Source: Peptococcaceae bacterium
GTDB taxonomy: Bacteria; Bacillota; Peptococcia; DRI-13; PHAD01
Reading direction: 5' to 3'
DNA length: 64,000 nucleotides
Assembly (NCBI GenBank): GCA_024655825.1
Contig: JANLFJ010000005.1
Coordinates: 28,541-92,540, forward strand
Position numbers and translations under genes: made by a program. Shown in pieces: positions 15,771-23,966 of this stretch. Each line of letters opens with the position of its first letter. The stretch's first letter is position 1. Under the pieces are notes generated by a model that had not been told where the DNA came from, made no database searches, and saw nothing but the letters and a program-made list of their open reading frames with translations.

Positions 15771-16592
15771 ATGATTAGTAAAACAAAAAGCGGTATAGCT
15801 TTTGTGCTGCTTCTGGTTTTCTGCCTGCTGATACTGGCGCCCGCGGTCCAGGCCGCACCCGTTGTCGCCAAGCCGGGTGACAGCAGCGCCACGATTGGCG
15901 AAATCAATATGATGCTTAAGTCTTTGGGATACTACTACGGACCGGTATCAGACAAGTACGGTGTTTCCACCAAATACGCCGTAATCATTTTCCAAAGGAT
16001 GCACAGGCTGCCGGCTACCGGTACGGTGGACGAGCTTACCTACCAGGTTTTAAAGAACGAGTTTAATACAAAAACCGGTGGTGATAAAACACCGGCACCA
16101 AGTCCAGAGCCTGCTCCTGTCCAAGAACCGAACCCGCAGCCAGGCACGCAGCCTAAGCCGGAACCCGCACCGGTTCCCGAACCAGCCCCATCACCTGCGC
16201 CTGTTTATGGTCTGACAACCGATGAACAAAAAATGTATGAACTGATAAACCAGGAACGGGCCAAAGCCGGGGTTGCTCCCCTGCAGCTAGACATGAGACT
16301 GGTGGAAAGCGCGCGGATAAAAAGCAAGGATATGATTGACAATAACTATTTCAGTCACACCTCACCGGTTTACGGAGGATTTGCGACCCTGATCCGCAAG
16401 TATGCGCCCGATTACAGATACATCGGGGAAAATATCGCTGGCAACAGGACGGTTGAAGCAGCACAAAGCGCGTTCATGAACAGTGAAGGGCACCGCAGGA
16501 ATATACTCAACCCCAATTATACTCATGTGGGAATAGGGGTTGTTGACGGCGGCCCGTACGGGAAGATGATTACCCAGCATTTTGGCGGTTAG
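15771..16592 (+). CDS. Secreted PG_binding_1 + Pro-rich linker + CAP domain protein
   Basis: Signal peptide ending AVQA, PGB pattern GDS...LGYY...AVIIFQ...TGTVD, NYFSHTSP, GENIA, SEGHRRNILNP. Confidence 0.9.
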   Translation: MISKTKSGIAFVLLLVFCLLILAPAVQAAPVVAKPGDSSATIGEINMMLKSLGYYYGPVSDKYGVSTKYAVIIFQRMHRLPATGTVDELTYQVLKNEFNTKTGGDKTPAPSPEPAPVQEPNPQPGTQPKPEPAPVPEPAPSPAPVYGLTTDEQKMYELINQERAKAGVAPLQLDMRLVESARIKSKDMIDNNYFSHTSPVYGGFATLIRKYAPDYRYIGENIAGNRTVEAAQSAFMNSEGHRRNILNPNYTHVGIGVVDGGPYGKMITQHFGG

Positions 16593-16614
16593 GAAAAGAA
16601 TAGCGAGAAGAACT

Positions 16615-16651
16615 AAAAGAGATTAAACCCATAAAAGGTTTAATCTCTTTT
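16615..16651 (+). terminator. Intrinsic (probably bidirectional) terminator
   Basis: AAAAGAGATTAAACC-N7-GGTTTAATCTCTTTT perfect 15-bp stem. Confidence 0.85.
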
Positions 16652-16664
16652 AATTATTTACAGT

Positions 16665-16693
16665 AACCAAATTGTTGTACATGCAATATCATA
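16665..16693 (+). promoter_or_regulatory. SigK-type promoter
   Basis: AACC-N16-AATATCATA. Confidence 0.5.
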
Positions 16694-16736
16694 TATCAGG
16701 CAGTCCTAAATACTTATGCCGGAAAGGAGATTATGC

Positions 16737-16952
16737 ATGTTCCCAAATGACCTGGAAAAGATTTTTCAAACTGAAGACGCAGCCCTGGAAAAGTTAGCTA
16801 ATTTTCTTTTGGATGTTTTAAAATCTGGAGAAAATAACATGGATTCTAACTTGGGAAAGTCATCGTGTTGTTGCCCTGGGTTAATAAAATTTAAGGTCAT
16901 CGGCAGTACTGTGGTTATAATTAATAACAATGCCGAATGCAAGCGCGATTGA
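16737..16952 (+). CDS. Small CCCP-motif protein, paralog A (71 aa)
   Basis: AAAGGAG RBS before ATG 16737 (track start 16716); shares C-terminal motif with 17081..17335. Confidence 0.8.
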   Translation: MFPNDLEKIFQTEDAALEKLANFLLDVLKSGENNMDSNLGKSSCCCPGLIKFKVIGSTVVIINNNAECKRD

Positions 16953-17006
16953 AATTCTGTCCGATTTTTATCATCCTGTTTTTAAAACTGGTTCTTCAAA
17001 AAAAGT

Positions 17007-17034
17007 AACTAAAAGAAGGTAGAAGCATAGTATA
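17007..17034 (+). promoter_or_regulatory. SigK-type promoter
   Basis: AACT-N15-CATAGTATA. Confidence 0.55.
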
Positions 17035-17080
17035 TAATTGGTCGAGCTAATAATCATTATTCTGGAAGGAGGTTTTTATA

Positions 17081-17335
17081 TTGAAGATTAATGAGATACT
17101 TGAGATTCCTCCCGTTCTTACCCCGGAGGTTATTCAGGCCATTGCCGATAACGCTGAGGCACTAAAAGCGTTAAAAGCGGTTTTAAGTTCAGGCGATGAG
17201 GCTGTGGCGTTAAGCAATGACTGCCATTCTAAAGATTGCTGCTGCCCTAAATTCCTGAAATTCAAGATCATTGGCTGTACTGTCATTATTATCAACGACA
17301 ATGCAGAATGTAAAGAAAACAATAATTCTGATTAA
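17081..17335 (+). CDS. Small CCCP-motif protein, paralog B (84 aa)
   Basis: AAGGAGG RBS, TTG start; CCCPKFLKFKIIGCTVIIINDNAECK. Confidence 0.8.
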   Translation: MKINEILEIPPVLTPEVIQAIADNAEALKALKAVLSSGDEAVALSNDCHSKDCCCPKFLKFKIIGCTVIIINDNAECKENNNSD

Positions 17336-17352
17336 GAAAAGACGTATTAATC

Positions 17353-17380
17353 ATCCGGGAGTGTACAGCTCCCGGATTTT
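17353..17380 (+). terminator. Intrinsic terminator
   Basis: ATCCGGGAG-TGTACAG-CTCCCGGAT followed by TTT. Confidence 0.7.
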
Positions 17381-17516
17381 GCATCACTAACCCGTCCAAC
17401 AACTTGCAACAAACAGCAATCGTGCCGGCAACTTTCCTACAATTACCACGAGACTTTATTCGCTAAACATGCTATTTTATGGATACAGGAAAAATTTTAG
17501 GGAAAGAGGGAATGGC

Positions 17517-18320
17517 ATGATGAAAAAAAGAACCGTAACGACAATTGGTACCCTTGTTTTCCTTTTTTTTACGCTGGCATTCTTAGCTTCGCCCATGAAC
17601 GCAGTTGCCAGCAGTTTGCCGGTTAGCGATACCGGTTCCCAGGACAACCCGATAGTAGCGAAAATGGGCGACAGCGGCCCGGTTGTCAGGGAGATAAAAA
17701 CAATGCTCGGAGCGCTGCGCTATATCAATTTTTACGGGACGCCCAGTACATATTACACAAGGGTTACTGCATACGGGGTTTATTATTTTCAGCGCGACAA
17801 TAGGCTGGACATGACCGGTATGGTGGACCTCCGCACCTATAATCTCCTGCAGGCCAAATACCTGGCCATGCTGGGAAGGCCGGCGCCTTCACCGGCTCCC
17901 GCACCTTCGCCGGCTCCGGTGACGGGCTTGACGGCGGAAGAACAAACGATGATCGATCTTGTTAACCAGGAACGGCTCAAGGCCGGTGTCGCTCCGCTGC
18001 AAGTGGACATGAGGCTGGTGGAAAGCGCGAGACTTAAGAGCCAGGATATGATCGACAATAATTATTTCAGTCACACTTCGCCCACCTGGGGCCAGTTTTA
18101 CACGATCATTCGCCAGAAAACGGGGTCGGATTACGGTTACCTCGGTGAAAACCTGGCGGGAGCGCCGTCGGTTCAAACGGCCCACAGCCTGTTAATGAAC
18201 AGCGAAGGACACCGTCAAAACATTCTAAATCCAAACTACACGCATATTGGGATCGGCATTAAAAAAGGCGGACCGTATGGTATGATGTTCACCCAGCACT
18301 TTGGCGGCGCTGCCAGGTAA
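17517..18320 (+). CDS. Secreted PG_binding_1 + Pro-rich linker + CAP domain protein (paralog of 15771..16592)
   Basis: Signal peptide, GDSGPVVREIK...FQRDNRL...TGMVD, NYFSHTSP, GENLA, SEGHRQNILNP; ATG 17517 after AAGAGGG (track start 17469). Confidence 0.9.
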   Translation: MMKKRTVTTIGTLVFLFFTLAFLASPMNAVASSLPVSDTGSQDNPIVAKMGDSGPVVREIKTMLGALRYINFYGTPSTYYTRVTAYGVYYFQRDNRLDMTGMVDLRTYNLLQAKYLAMLGRPAPSPAPAPSPAPVTGLTAEEQTMIDLVNQERLKAGVAPLQVDMRLVESARLKSQDMIDNNYFSHTSPTWGQFYTIIRQKTGSDYGYLGENLAGAPSVQTAHSLLMNSEGHRQNILNPNYTHIGIGIKKGGPYGMMFTQHFGGAAR

Positions 18321-18363
18321 AATTACTTTTCGATATTTTTGCTGTGTTTTTATGTTGCCAAGT

Positions 18364-18393
18364 CACTCCTTCCTTGTACCCATTCATATTATA
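18364..18393 (+). promoter_or_regulatory. SigK/SigE-type promoter
   Basis: CACT-N17-CATATTATA. Confidence 0.55.
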
Positions 18394-18435
18394 GGTTAGG
18401 CTCTATTAGTTGTGCTGAAAAAAGGAGGGAGTTAA

Positions 18436-19212
18436 TTGCACGAATATGAATTTACGGCCCAGGTGAAACAATTGTGGAAGGACCCGGAGATTCAGGCGCT
18501 GGCCAGGCGCTGCTACCATAAATTATTTAAATGCACGCCAGTTATCCTGGAAAAGGTTTGTGCATCCGGGACCAAGTGTTTTCACGACATTCATTATCTC
18601 TTTGAAACAGAAGGAGGACTTCCCATCCCGCCCGATGCATGTCCCATCAATTGCGTGGTAAGCAATTTTGCCATCTGCGGCGTGGGAACGGCGCCGTTGA
18701 AGCCTGGCGTGCTTGCCCCGCGCAGGGTAGGAGAATGCATAGTTTTCACCGTTGTCTACAAAGTCCGTGTCTGGTTTGAATTCTTTGATACGGTCAATAA
18801 CAGCGTGGAAGTGGGGATGGCAAGTCAATGTTTCGAGCGCGAGCTGGCGGTACCCGTTGAGGATATAGACGGGGGCTGTGTGCTTTGCCAGCCGGAGGCG
18901 GTCGATCTCTGCATCAGGAGAATAAATCTCGACTGTATCAGGGCCGTGGTTGTACCCCGCCCTGAAGGGTTTCCCAAGTCTTTCCCCCCATACGCTATTG
19001 AAGTTACGGTGGAAAAGGAATTCTTTGCGCTGGAATCGGGAAGGTCTATTGTCTGTTTGCCCACATGTGTCGAGGAGTGTATCGAACTGCCGTTTCCGAT
19101 CTTTCCGGGAGAGTGTGTGCCGTTTGAGAAAGAGGCCAAGTGCGACGAATTTTGCCAGGAAACGGACCTGCAGCCCGGCCGCTGCGCCCAGTGCCCGCCG
19201 CCTCAGCCATGA
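18436..19212 (+). CDS. Cysteine-rich putative spore coat/exosporium protein
   Basis: 21 Cys in 258 aa, Pro-rich, no signal peptide, AAAGGAGG RBS with TTG start. Confidence 0.7.
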   Translation: MHEYEFTAQVKQLWKDPEIQALARRCYHKLFKCTPVILEKVCASGTKCFHDIHYLFETEGGLPIPPDACPINCVVSNFAICGVGTAPLKPGVLAPRRVGECIVFTVVYKVRVWFEFFDTVNNSVEVGMASQCFERELAVPVEDIDGGCVLCQPEAVDLCIRRINLDCIRAVVVPRPEGFPKSFPPYAIEVTVEKEFFALESGRSIVCLPTCVEECIELPFPIFPGECVPFEKEAKCDEFCQETDLQPGRCAQCPPPQP

Positions 19213-19238
19213 GACTATGGGTTTGCATAACAGGCTGT

Positions 19239-19270
19239 CAAAAAAGCCACTTTACCAGGTGGCTTTTTTG
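19239..19270 (+). terminator. Intrinsic terminator ending the island
   Basis: CAAAAAAGCCAC-N8-GTGGCTTTTTTG. Confidence 0.85.
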
Positions 19271-19381
19271 TGTTTTGGGCTGGCTGCCGGCAACCAGGGA
19301 CAGGGAAAGGACACAGAATTCGTTTTCTTTTTTATAGAAAAAAGGTAAAATGATCTTTAGTAAAGAGTTGGAGGTAAAGTA

Positions 19382-20215
19382 TTGACAGGCTTATTTGTAA
19401 AAAAGGAAAAAGAGGGAATCACATTTTATCAAGCGGCTTCATTCGAGGCTGCGGGATTAGTAGTTCACGCTTTCACCGGAAGAAAAGGAGGAGTCAGCAG
19501 AGGACTCTTTGAGAGTTTAAATTTGAGCATCTTGACGCAGGACTTGCTGGAAAACGTCCTGGAAAACAGGAGGAGATTGTGCGGGATACTCGGGATCAGC
19601 CCTGACAGCCTGACAGGAGCCCGGCAGGTACACGGGGACAGTGTTTACCTGGTAAGAGAGAACGATAAAGGCCGGGGCGCCAGACAGCCTGGTTCGGTTA
19701 TTCCCGCTGCCGATGCCCTGATGACTGCTGTGCCTGGAATTACCTTGGTTGCCTTTTTTGCAGACTGTGTGCCCGTGTTTTTTTTGGATCCCGTAAAAAA
19801 GGCTGTTGCCTTAACCCATGCTGGCTGGAAAGGAACTGTCGCCGGGATTGCCGCGAAAACGGCAGCGGCGATGACCCGGGCTTTCGGAACAAAACCGGAA
19901 GACCTTCTGGCAGCAGTGGGGCCGAGTATAGGGCCATGTCATTACCAGGTGGATGGTCCGGTTATTGAAAGGGTCAGGCTGGCCTTCCCGGATGATTATG
20001 GTGAATTGCTGCCTGGTATGACGGCGGACGGTCACGCTCGGTTCAATCTCTGGGAAGCCAATGTACGCCAGATTCGCAGTTTGGGAGTACCTGCCCAAAA
20101 CATAACCGTGGCCGGTATTTGCACATACTGCGAGCAAGAGAACTTCTTTTCGCATCGCCGGGGAATGGCGGGAAGGCAGGCGGCTTTAATTATGTTAAAA
20201 AATGAGCAGGGGTGA
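19382..20215 (+). CDS. pgeF: Peptidoglycan editing factor PgeF / purine nucleoside phosphorylase (YlmD/YfiH)
   Basis: QVHG, ADALMT, ADCVPV, HAGWKG, GPSIGPCHY, CTYC...FFSHRR. Confidence 0.95.
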   Translation: MTGLFVKKEKEGITFYQAASFEAAGLVVHAFTGRKGGVSRGLFESLNLSILTQDLLENVLENRRRLCGILGISPDSLTGARQVHGDSVYLVRENDKGRGARQPGSVIPAADALMTAVPGITLVAFFADCVPVFFLDPVKKAVALTHAGWKGTVAGIAAKTAAAMTRAFGTKPEDLLAAVGPSIGPCHYQVDGPVIERVRLAFPDDYGELLPGMTADGHARFNLWEANVRQIRSLGVPAQNITVAGICTYCEQENFFSHRRGMAGRQAALIMLKNEQG

Positions 20216-20219
20216 GAGG

Positions 20220-20918
20220 ATGACGAAAGTACTGGTTGTTGACGATGAAGCCAGTATTGTAGAACTGGTAAAGTATAATCTGGAAAAGGCGGGTTTCCGC
20301 GTGGAATGTCTCGATGACGGGTTAAAGGCTGTTAAGCGTATTATGGAAGTTCCTCCGGATTTATTGATTCTTGACCTGATGCTGCCGGGCATGGACGGAC
20401 TTGATGTTTGCCGCCACCTGCGGCAGCAGGAAAAGACACGCCTGCTACCGATCATCATTCTCACGGCAAGAGTGGAAGAAATCGACAGGGTGGTCGGTTT
20501 GGAACTGGGAGCTGATGATTATTTAACCAAACCTTTTAGCCCGCGCGAACTGGTGGCGAGAGTCAAGTCTATTCTTCGCCGGAGCCAGGGCAGCCAAACA
20601 AAAGTTGAAGCGGAACCCGGACCGATTGTCAGGGGCCCGCTAAAGATTTATCCTGACAGGTATGAGGCGGTCCTTGACGGCGAAGTGCTGGAACTTACTC
20701 CTAAGGAATTTCAGCTCCTGGTTCAGCTGGCGGCTAACCAGGGCAAAGTTTACACGCGGGAATTCTTGCTTGAAAACATCTGGGGATATGAATACCCGGG
20801 AGATACGCGGACGGTGGACGTGCATATCCGCCACCTCCGGCAAAAACTTGAAAAAAATTCGGGCCAGCCTGTACTGATAGAGACAATCAGGGGTATTGGC
20901 TACAGGTTTAAGGGGTAA
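20220..20918 (+). CDS. phoP: OmpR/PhoB family response regulator
   Basis: VVDDE, LDLMLPGMDG, ADDYLTKPF, RTVDVHIRHLR; upstream of phoR-pstB-phoU; ATG 20220 (track start 20202). Confidence 0.9.
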   Translation: MTKVLVVDDEASIVELVKYNLEKAGFRVECLDDGLKAVKRIMEVPPDLLILDLMLPGMDGLDVCRHLRQQEKTRLLPIIILTARVEEIDRVVGLELGADDYLTKPFSPRELVARVKSILRRSQGSQTKVEAEPGPIVRGPLKIYPDRYEAVLDGEVLELTPKEFQLLVQLAANQGKVYTREFLLENIWGYEYPGDTRTVDVHIRHLRQKLEKNSGQPVLIETIRGIGYRFKG

Positions 20919-20920
20919 AG

Positions 20921-22285
20921 ATGAGCAAACTGGCGATAAGGGTCACATCTGTTTATTTTATTATTTCAATAATTACATTGATGACAATTGTATATATGTC
21001 CAGGATACTGGAGAAAGGGCTCTTTTATGTGCCAGCCCTTATTCTGATTTTCCTGGCGGGGGGTGCTGCTTTTTACTTGTGGTTTAACAAGCAGGCTGTG
21101 CATATTCGCAAATTGAACGAAATGGCCAAGGCCTTTGCCCAAGGAAACCTGATTCCCACGGGTATTGTTTCAACAGATGACGAGCTAGGGGAACTGAATG
21201 ACTCCATGTGTCTTATGGCTAAAAATTTGAGCGAGCACCTGAGAAAAACTTTGCAGGAAAAAGACCGCATGGAAACAATACTCACCAGCATGGTGGAAGG
21301 TGTGCTGGTTTTTGACTGCCACGGGCGGCTGATACTTATGAACAGGGCTGCTGAGGACATGCTCGGGGTGAAGTTTGAGGATGAATCAAAACACTTTTTT
21401 CTGGAGATCTTGCAAAACCACCAGATGGCTGACCTGTTGAAACGGGGCCTTTCGGAAAGCAAGCGGCAGGTAATGGAAGTAAGACTGTCTCCAATGAATA
21501 ACGAATACTACCGGGTGTATGTGACACCCATCTTGGGGAAGGAAGGCAATTCCCAGGGAGCCGTCATGGTGCTGCGCAATGTGACGAAGGTGAGGCTTCT
21601 CGAGCAAATGCGCAGCAATTTTGTCGCCAATGTCTCGCACGAGCTGCGAACACCACTCACTTCAATTAAGGGTTACGTGGAAACCCTGCTGGACGGAGCC
21701 CTGGATAACAAAGAGACTGCTCTTCATTTTTTGACGGTTATCAATACGGAAGCCGACCGCTTGAACCGGCTGATCGACGACCTTTTATACCTGTCGCAGC
21801 TGGAAACCGGCCGCATGGAGGTTGCCAAGAAAGTAATCGATTCAAAAACGTTTTTAGAAAAGGTTGTGGTCCTGCTGCAGCAGGTCGCCCGAAGCAAAAA
21901 CATCAACATCGACACGGTTGTTCATCCGGCGGCCCAAACGTTTTTAGGCAACCAGGACATGATGGAACAGGTGATGATTAATTTGCTGGAGAATTCAATC
22001 AAGTATTCACATGATGGAGGTTCTGTCAGCGTAGAAATATTCCCGCACGAACAAGGAACAGCCATCAGGGTCAGCGACACGGGAATCGGTATCCCTGTGG
22101 AAAGCCTGCCGCGCATATTCGAGCGCTTTTATAGGGTGGATAAGGCGCGTTCACGCCAGGTCGGAGGCACGGGGCTGGGATTGTCCATCGTCAAGCATGT
22201 TGTCGACCGTCACCGCGGGCAGGTCCAGGTTGAATCCGAAGAGGACAAGGGGACCACGTTTACGATTATTTTGCCCAAGGCTTGA
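20921..22285 (+). CDS. phoR: Sensor histidine kinase (2 TM, HAMP, PAS, HisKA, HATPase)
   Basis: SHELRTPLT, NLLENSIKY, DTGIGIP, RIFERFYRVDKARSR, GGTGLGL. Confidence 0.9.
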   Translation: MSKLAIRVTSVYFIISIITLMTIVYMSRILEKGLFYVPALILIFLAGGAAFYLWFNKQAVHIRKLNEMAKAFAQGNLIPTGIVSTDDELGELNDSMCLMAKNLSEHLRKTLQEKDRMETILTSMVEGVLVFDCHGRLILMNRAAEDMLGVKFEDESKHFFLEILQNHQMADLLKRGLSESKRQVMEVRLSPMNNEYYRVYVTPILGKEGNSQGAVMVLRNVTKVRLLEQMRSNFVANVSHELRTPLTSIKGYVETLLDGALDNKETALHFLTVINTEADRLNRLIDDLLYLSQLETGRMEVAKKVIDSKTFLEKVVVLLQQVARSKNINIDTVVHPAAQTFLGNQDMMEQVMINLLENSIKYSHDGGSVSVEIFPHEQGTAIRVSDTGIGIPVESLPRIFERFYRVDKARSRQVGGTGLGLSIVKHVVDRHRGQVQVESEEDKGTTFTIILPKA

Positions 22286-22288
22286 TAT

Positions 22289-22342
22289 TTAACATAATGT
22301 TAACCTGGGCTTAAGTAAAAAACATGCCGCCTCTTGTATAAT
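22289..22342 (+). promoter_or_regulatory. Pho box and -10 element upstream of pstB
   Basis: TTAACA (22289), TTAACC (22300), TTAAGT (22311) at an exact 11-bp period, resembling the PhoP TT(A/T/C)ACA repeat; TATAAT at 22337 with no good -35. Confidence 0.7.
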
Positions 22343-22371
22343 TAAAGACAGTGATGAGAGGTGGTTTTGTT

Positions 22372-23133
22372 ATGGAGCGAAACTATAAAATCACGGTAAA
22401 GAATCTGGACCTGTACTACGGGGAACGACAGGCGCTGAAAAATGTCAGTATGGACATAAAGGCGAACAGCGTTACCGCGCTTATTGGTCCTTCCGGCTGC
22501 GGGAAATCGACTTTTATCAGGACTTTGAACCGTATGAACGACCTTATCGCGGAAGTGAGGATAAAAGGAGAAGTGGCCATCGACGGGAAAAACGTTTACG
22601 GGGATGATGTGGATGTCGTGTCTCTGCGCAAGAGGGTGGGGATGGTTTTTCAGAATCCCAACCCTTTCCCCATGACGGTATATGATAATGTGGCGTACGG
22701 CCCGCGAATCCACGGGATAAAAGACCGGCGAAAACTCGGCGAAATTGTTGAAAAAAGTTTGCGGCAGGCGGCGCTCTGGGATGAGGTCAGCGACCGGCTG
22801 CACAAACCGGCCCTAGGGCTTTCAGGAGGGCAGCAGCAGCGCTTGTGTATTGCCCGGTTACTGGCGGTGGAACCGGAAATTCTATTGATGGACGAACCTA
22901 CTTCGGCGCTGGATCCCATTTCGACGTTAAGAATAGAGGAACTGGTGCGAGAACTAAAAAAAGACTATACTATCGTCATAGTGACGCATAACATGCAGCA
23001 GGCAGCGAGGATTTCCGAGACAACGGCTTTTTTTCTCCACGGTGAAGTTATTGAGTGTGATGCCACACAGGTGATATTTACCAATCCTCGCCATCAACAG
23101 ACTGAGGACTATATCACCGGACGGTTCGGATGA
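22372..23133 (+). CDS. pstB: Phosphate ABC transporter ATP-binding protein
   Basis: [37 protein letters not shown]; ATG 22372 (track start 22351). Confidence 0.97.
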   Translation: MERNYKITVKNLDLYYGERQALKNVSMDIKANSVTALIGPSGCGKSTFIRTLNRMNDLIAEVRIKGEVAIDGKNVYGDDVDVVSLRKRVGMVFQNPNPFPMTVYDNVAYGPRIHGIKDRRKLGEIVEKSLRQAALWDEVSDRLHKPALGLSGGQQQRLCIARLLAVEPEILLMDEPTSALDPISTLRIEELVRELKKDYTIVIVTHNMQQAARISETTAFFLHGEVIECDATQVIFTNPRHQQTEDYITGRFG

Positions 23134-23193
23134 TAACGTCAAACGGCTTTAGCAATATGTCGAAATATTAAGGGCAGAAAGGAGTAGAACGGC

Positions 23194-23850
23194 ATGATCA
23201 GGCATGGCTTTGATGAAAGCCTGGATGGCCTGCAGAAGGACATCTTGCGCATGGGCAAGATGGTGGAGGAAATGCTGGATAAATCAGTTGAATCTTTGAA
23301 AAGGCAAGATACAAAAATGGCCGAGGAGGTGTTGAGAAGGGAAGAGCAAATAGACCTCTTGGAGCAGGAAATCGAACAAAAATGTCTCAGCCTTATTGCC
23401 ACCCAGCAGCCTTTGGCCAAGGATTTGCGTAAAATTGCGGCCGGGTTTAAAATAATTACCGACCTGGAAAGAATGGCCGACTACAGTGAAGACATTGCCA
23501 AAGTAACCATTCGCCTGGCTGGAGAACCGCTGATTAAACCGCTGATAGACATCCCCCGCATGAGCAAGCTGGCCGGGCAAATGCTGAGCGACGCGCTTGA
23601 CGCCTACGTAAGGGAAGATGTCGAACTTGCTTACCGCATGTGCCAGAATGATGATGAAGTGGACCATATTTATGCGCAGGTCATCAGGGAGCTGCTGACG
23701 TACATGATGGAGAATCCCAGGACCATAAGCCAGGCTACCAGCCTGATGTTTGTTGGAAGGTATATTGAAAGAATAGCCGATCATGCCACCAATATCGGAG
23801 AACGCGTGATTTACCTGGTAACGGGTGTCAAGAAAGAGCTTAATGATTGA
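23194..23850 (+). CDS. phoU: Phosphate signalling protein PhoU
   Basis: QQPLAKDLR, TDLERMADY, ERIADHATNIGE. Confidence 0.97.
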   Translation: MIRHGFDESLDGLQKDILRMGKMVEEMLDKSVESLKRQDTKMAEEVLRREEQIDLLEQEIEQKCLSLIATQQPLAKDLRKIAAGFKIITDLERMADYSEDIAKVTIRLAGEPLIKPLIDIPRMSKLAGQMLSDALDAYVREDVELAYRMCQNDDEVDHIYAQVIRELLTYMMENPRTISQATSLMFVGRYIERIADHATNIGERVIYLVTGVKKELND

Positions 23851-23869
23851 GGGAGAAAACCGGCTGGCG

Positions 23870-23898
23870 AAAAAAATGCCGCATGTGCGGCATTTTTT
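23870..23898 (+). terminator. Intrinsic terminator after phoU
   Basis: AAAAAATGCCGC-ATGT-GCGGCATTTTTT. Confidence 0.85.
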
Positions 23899-23908
23899 AT
23901 CCCGGGGG

Positions 23909-23937
23909 GAAGGATAACATTTCCTTCTGTAGAATAA
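23909..23937 (+). promoter_or_regulatory. SigH promoter of the membrane-fusion-protein/yggS/sepF/divIVA operon
   Basis: GAAGGATAA-N11-GTAGAATAA, exact match to RnAGGAWWW-N11-RnnGAATWW. Confidence 0.75.
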
Positions 23938-23966
23938 ATAAACGTTAGTGGTTTAATCATGAGGTT

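Noticed and set aside
16080-16205. Pro-Ala/Pro-Glu repeats in the CAP linkers as tandem DNA repeats
   Set aside because: Degenerate at DNA level; explained as protein linker low complexity
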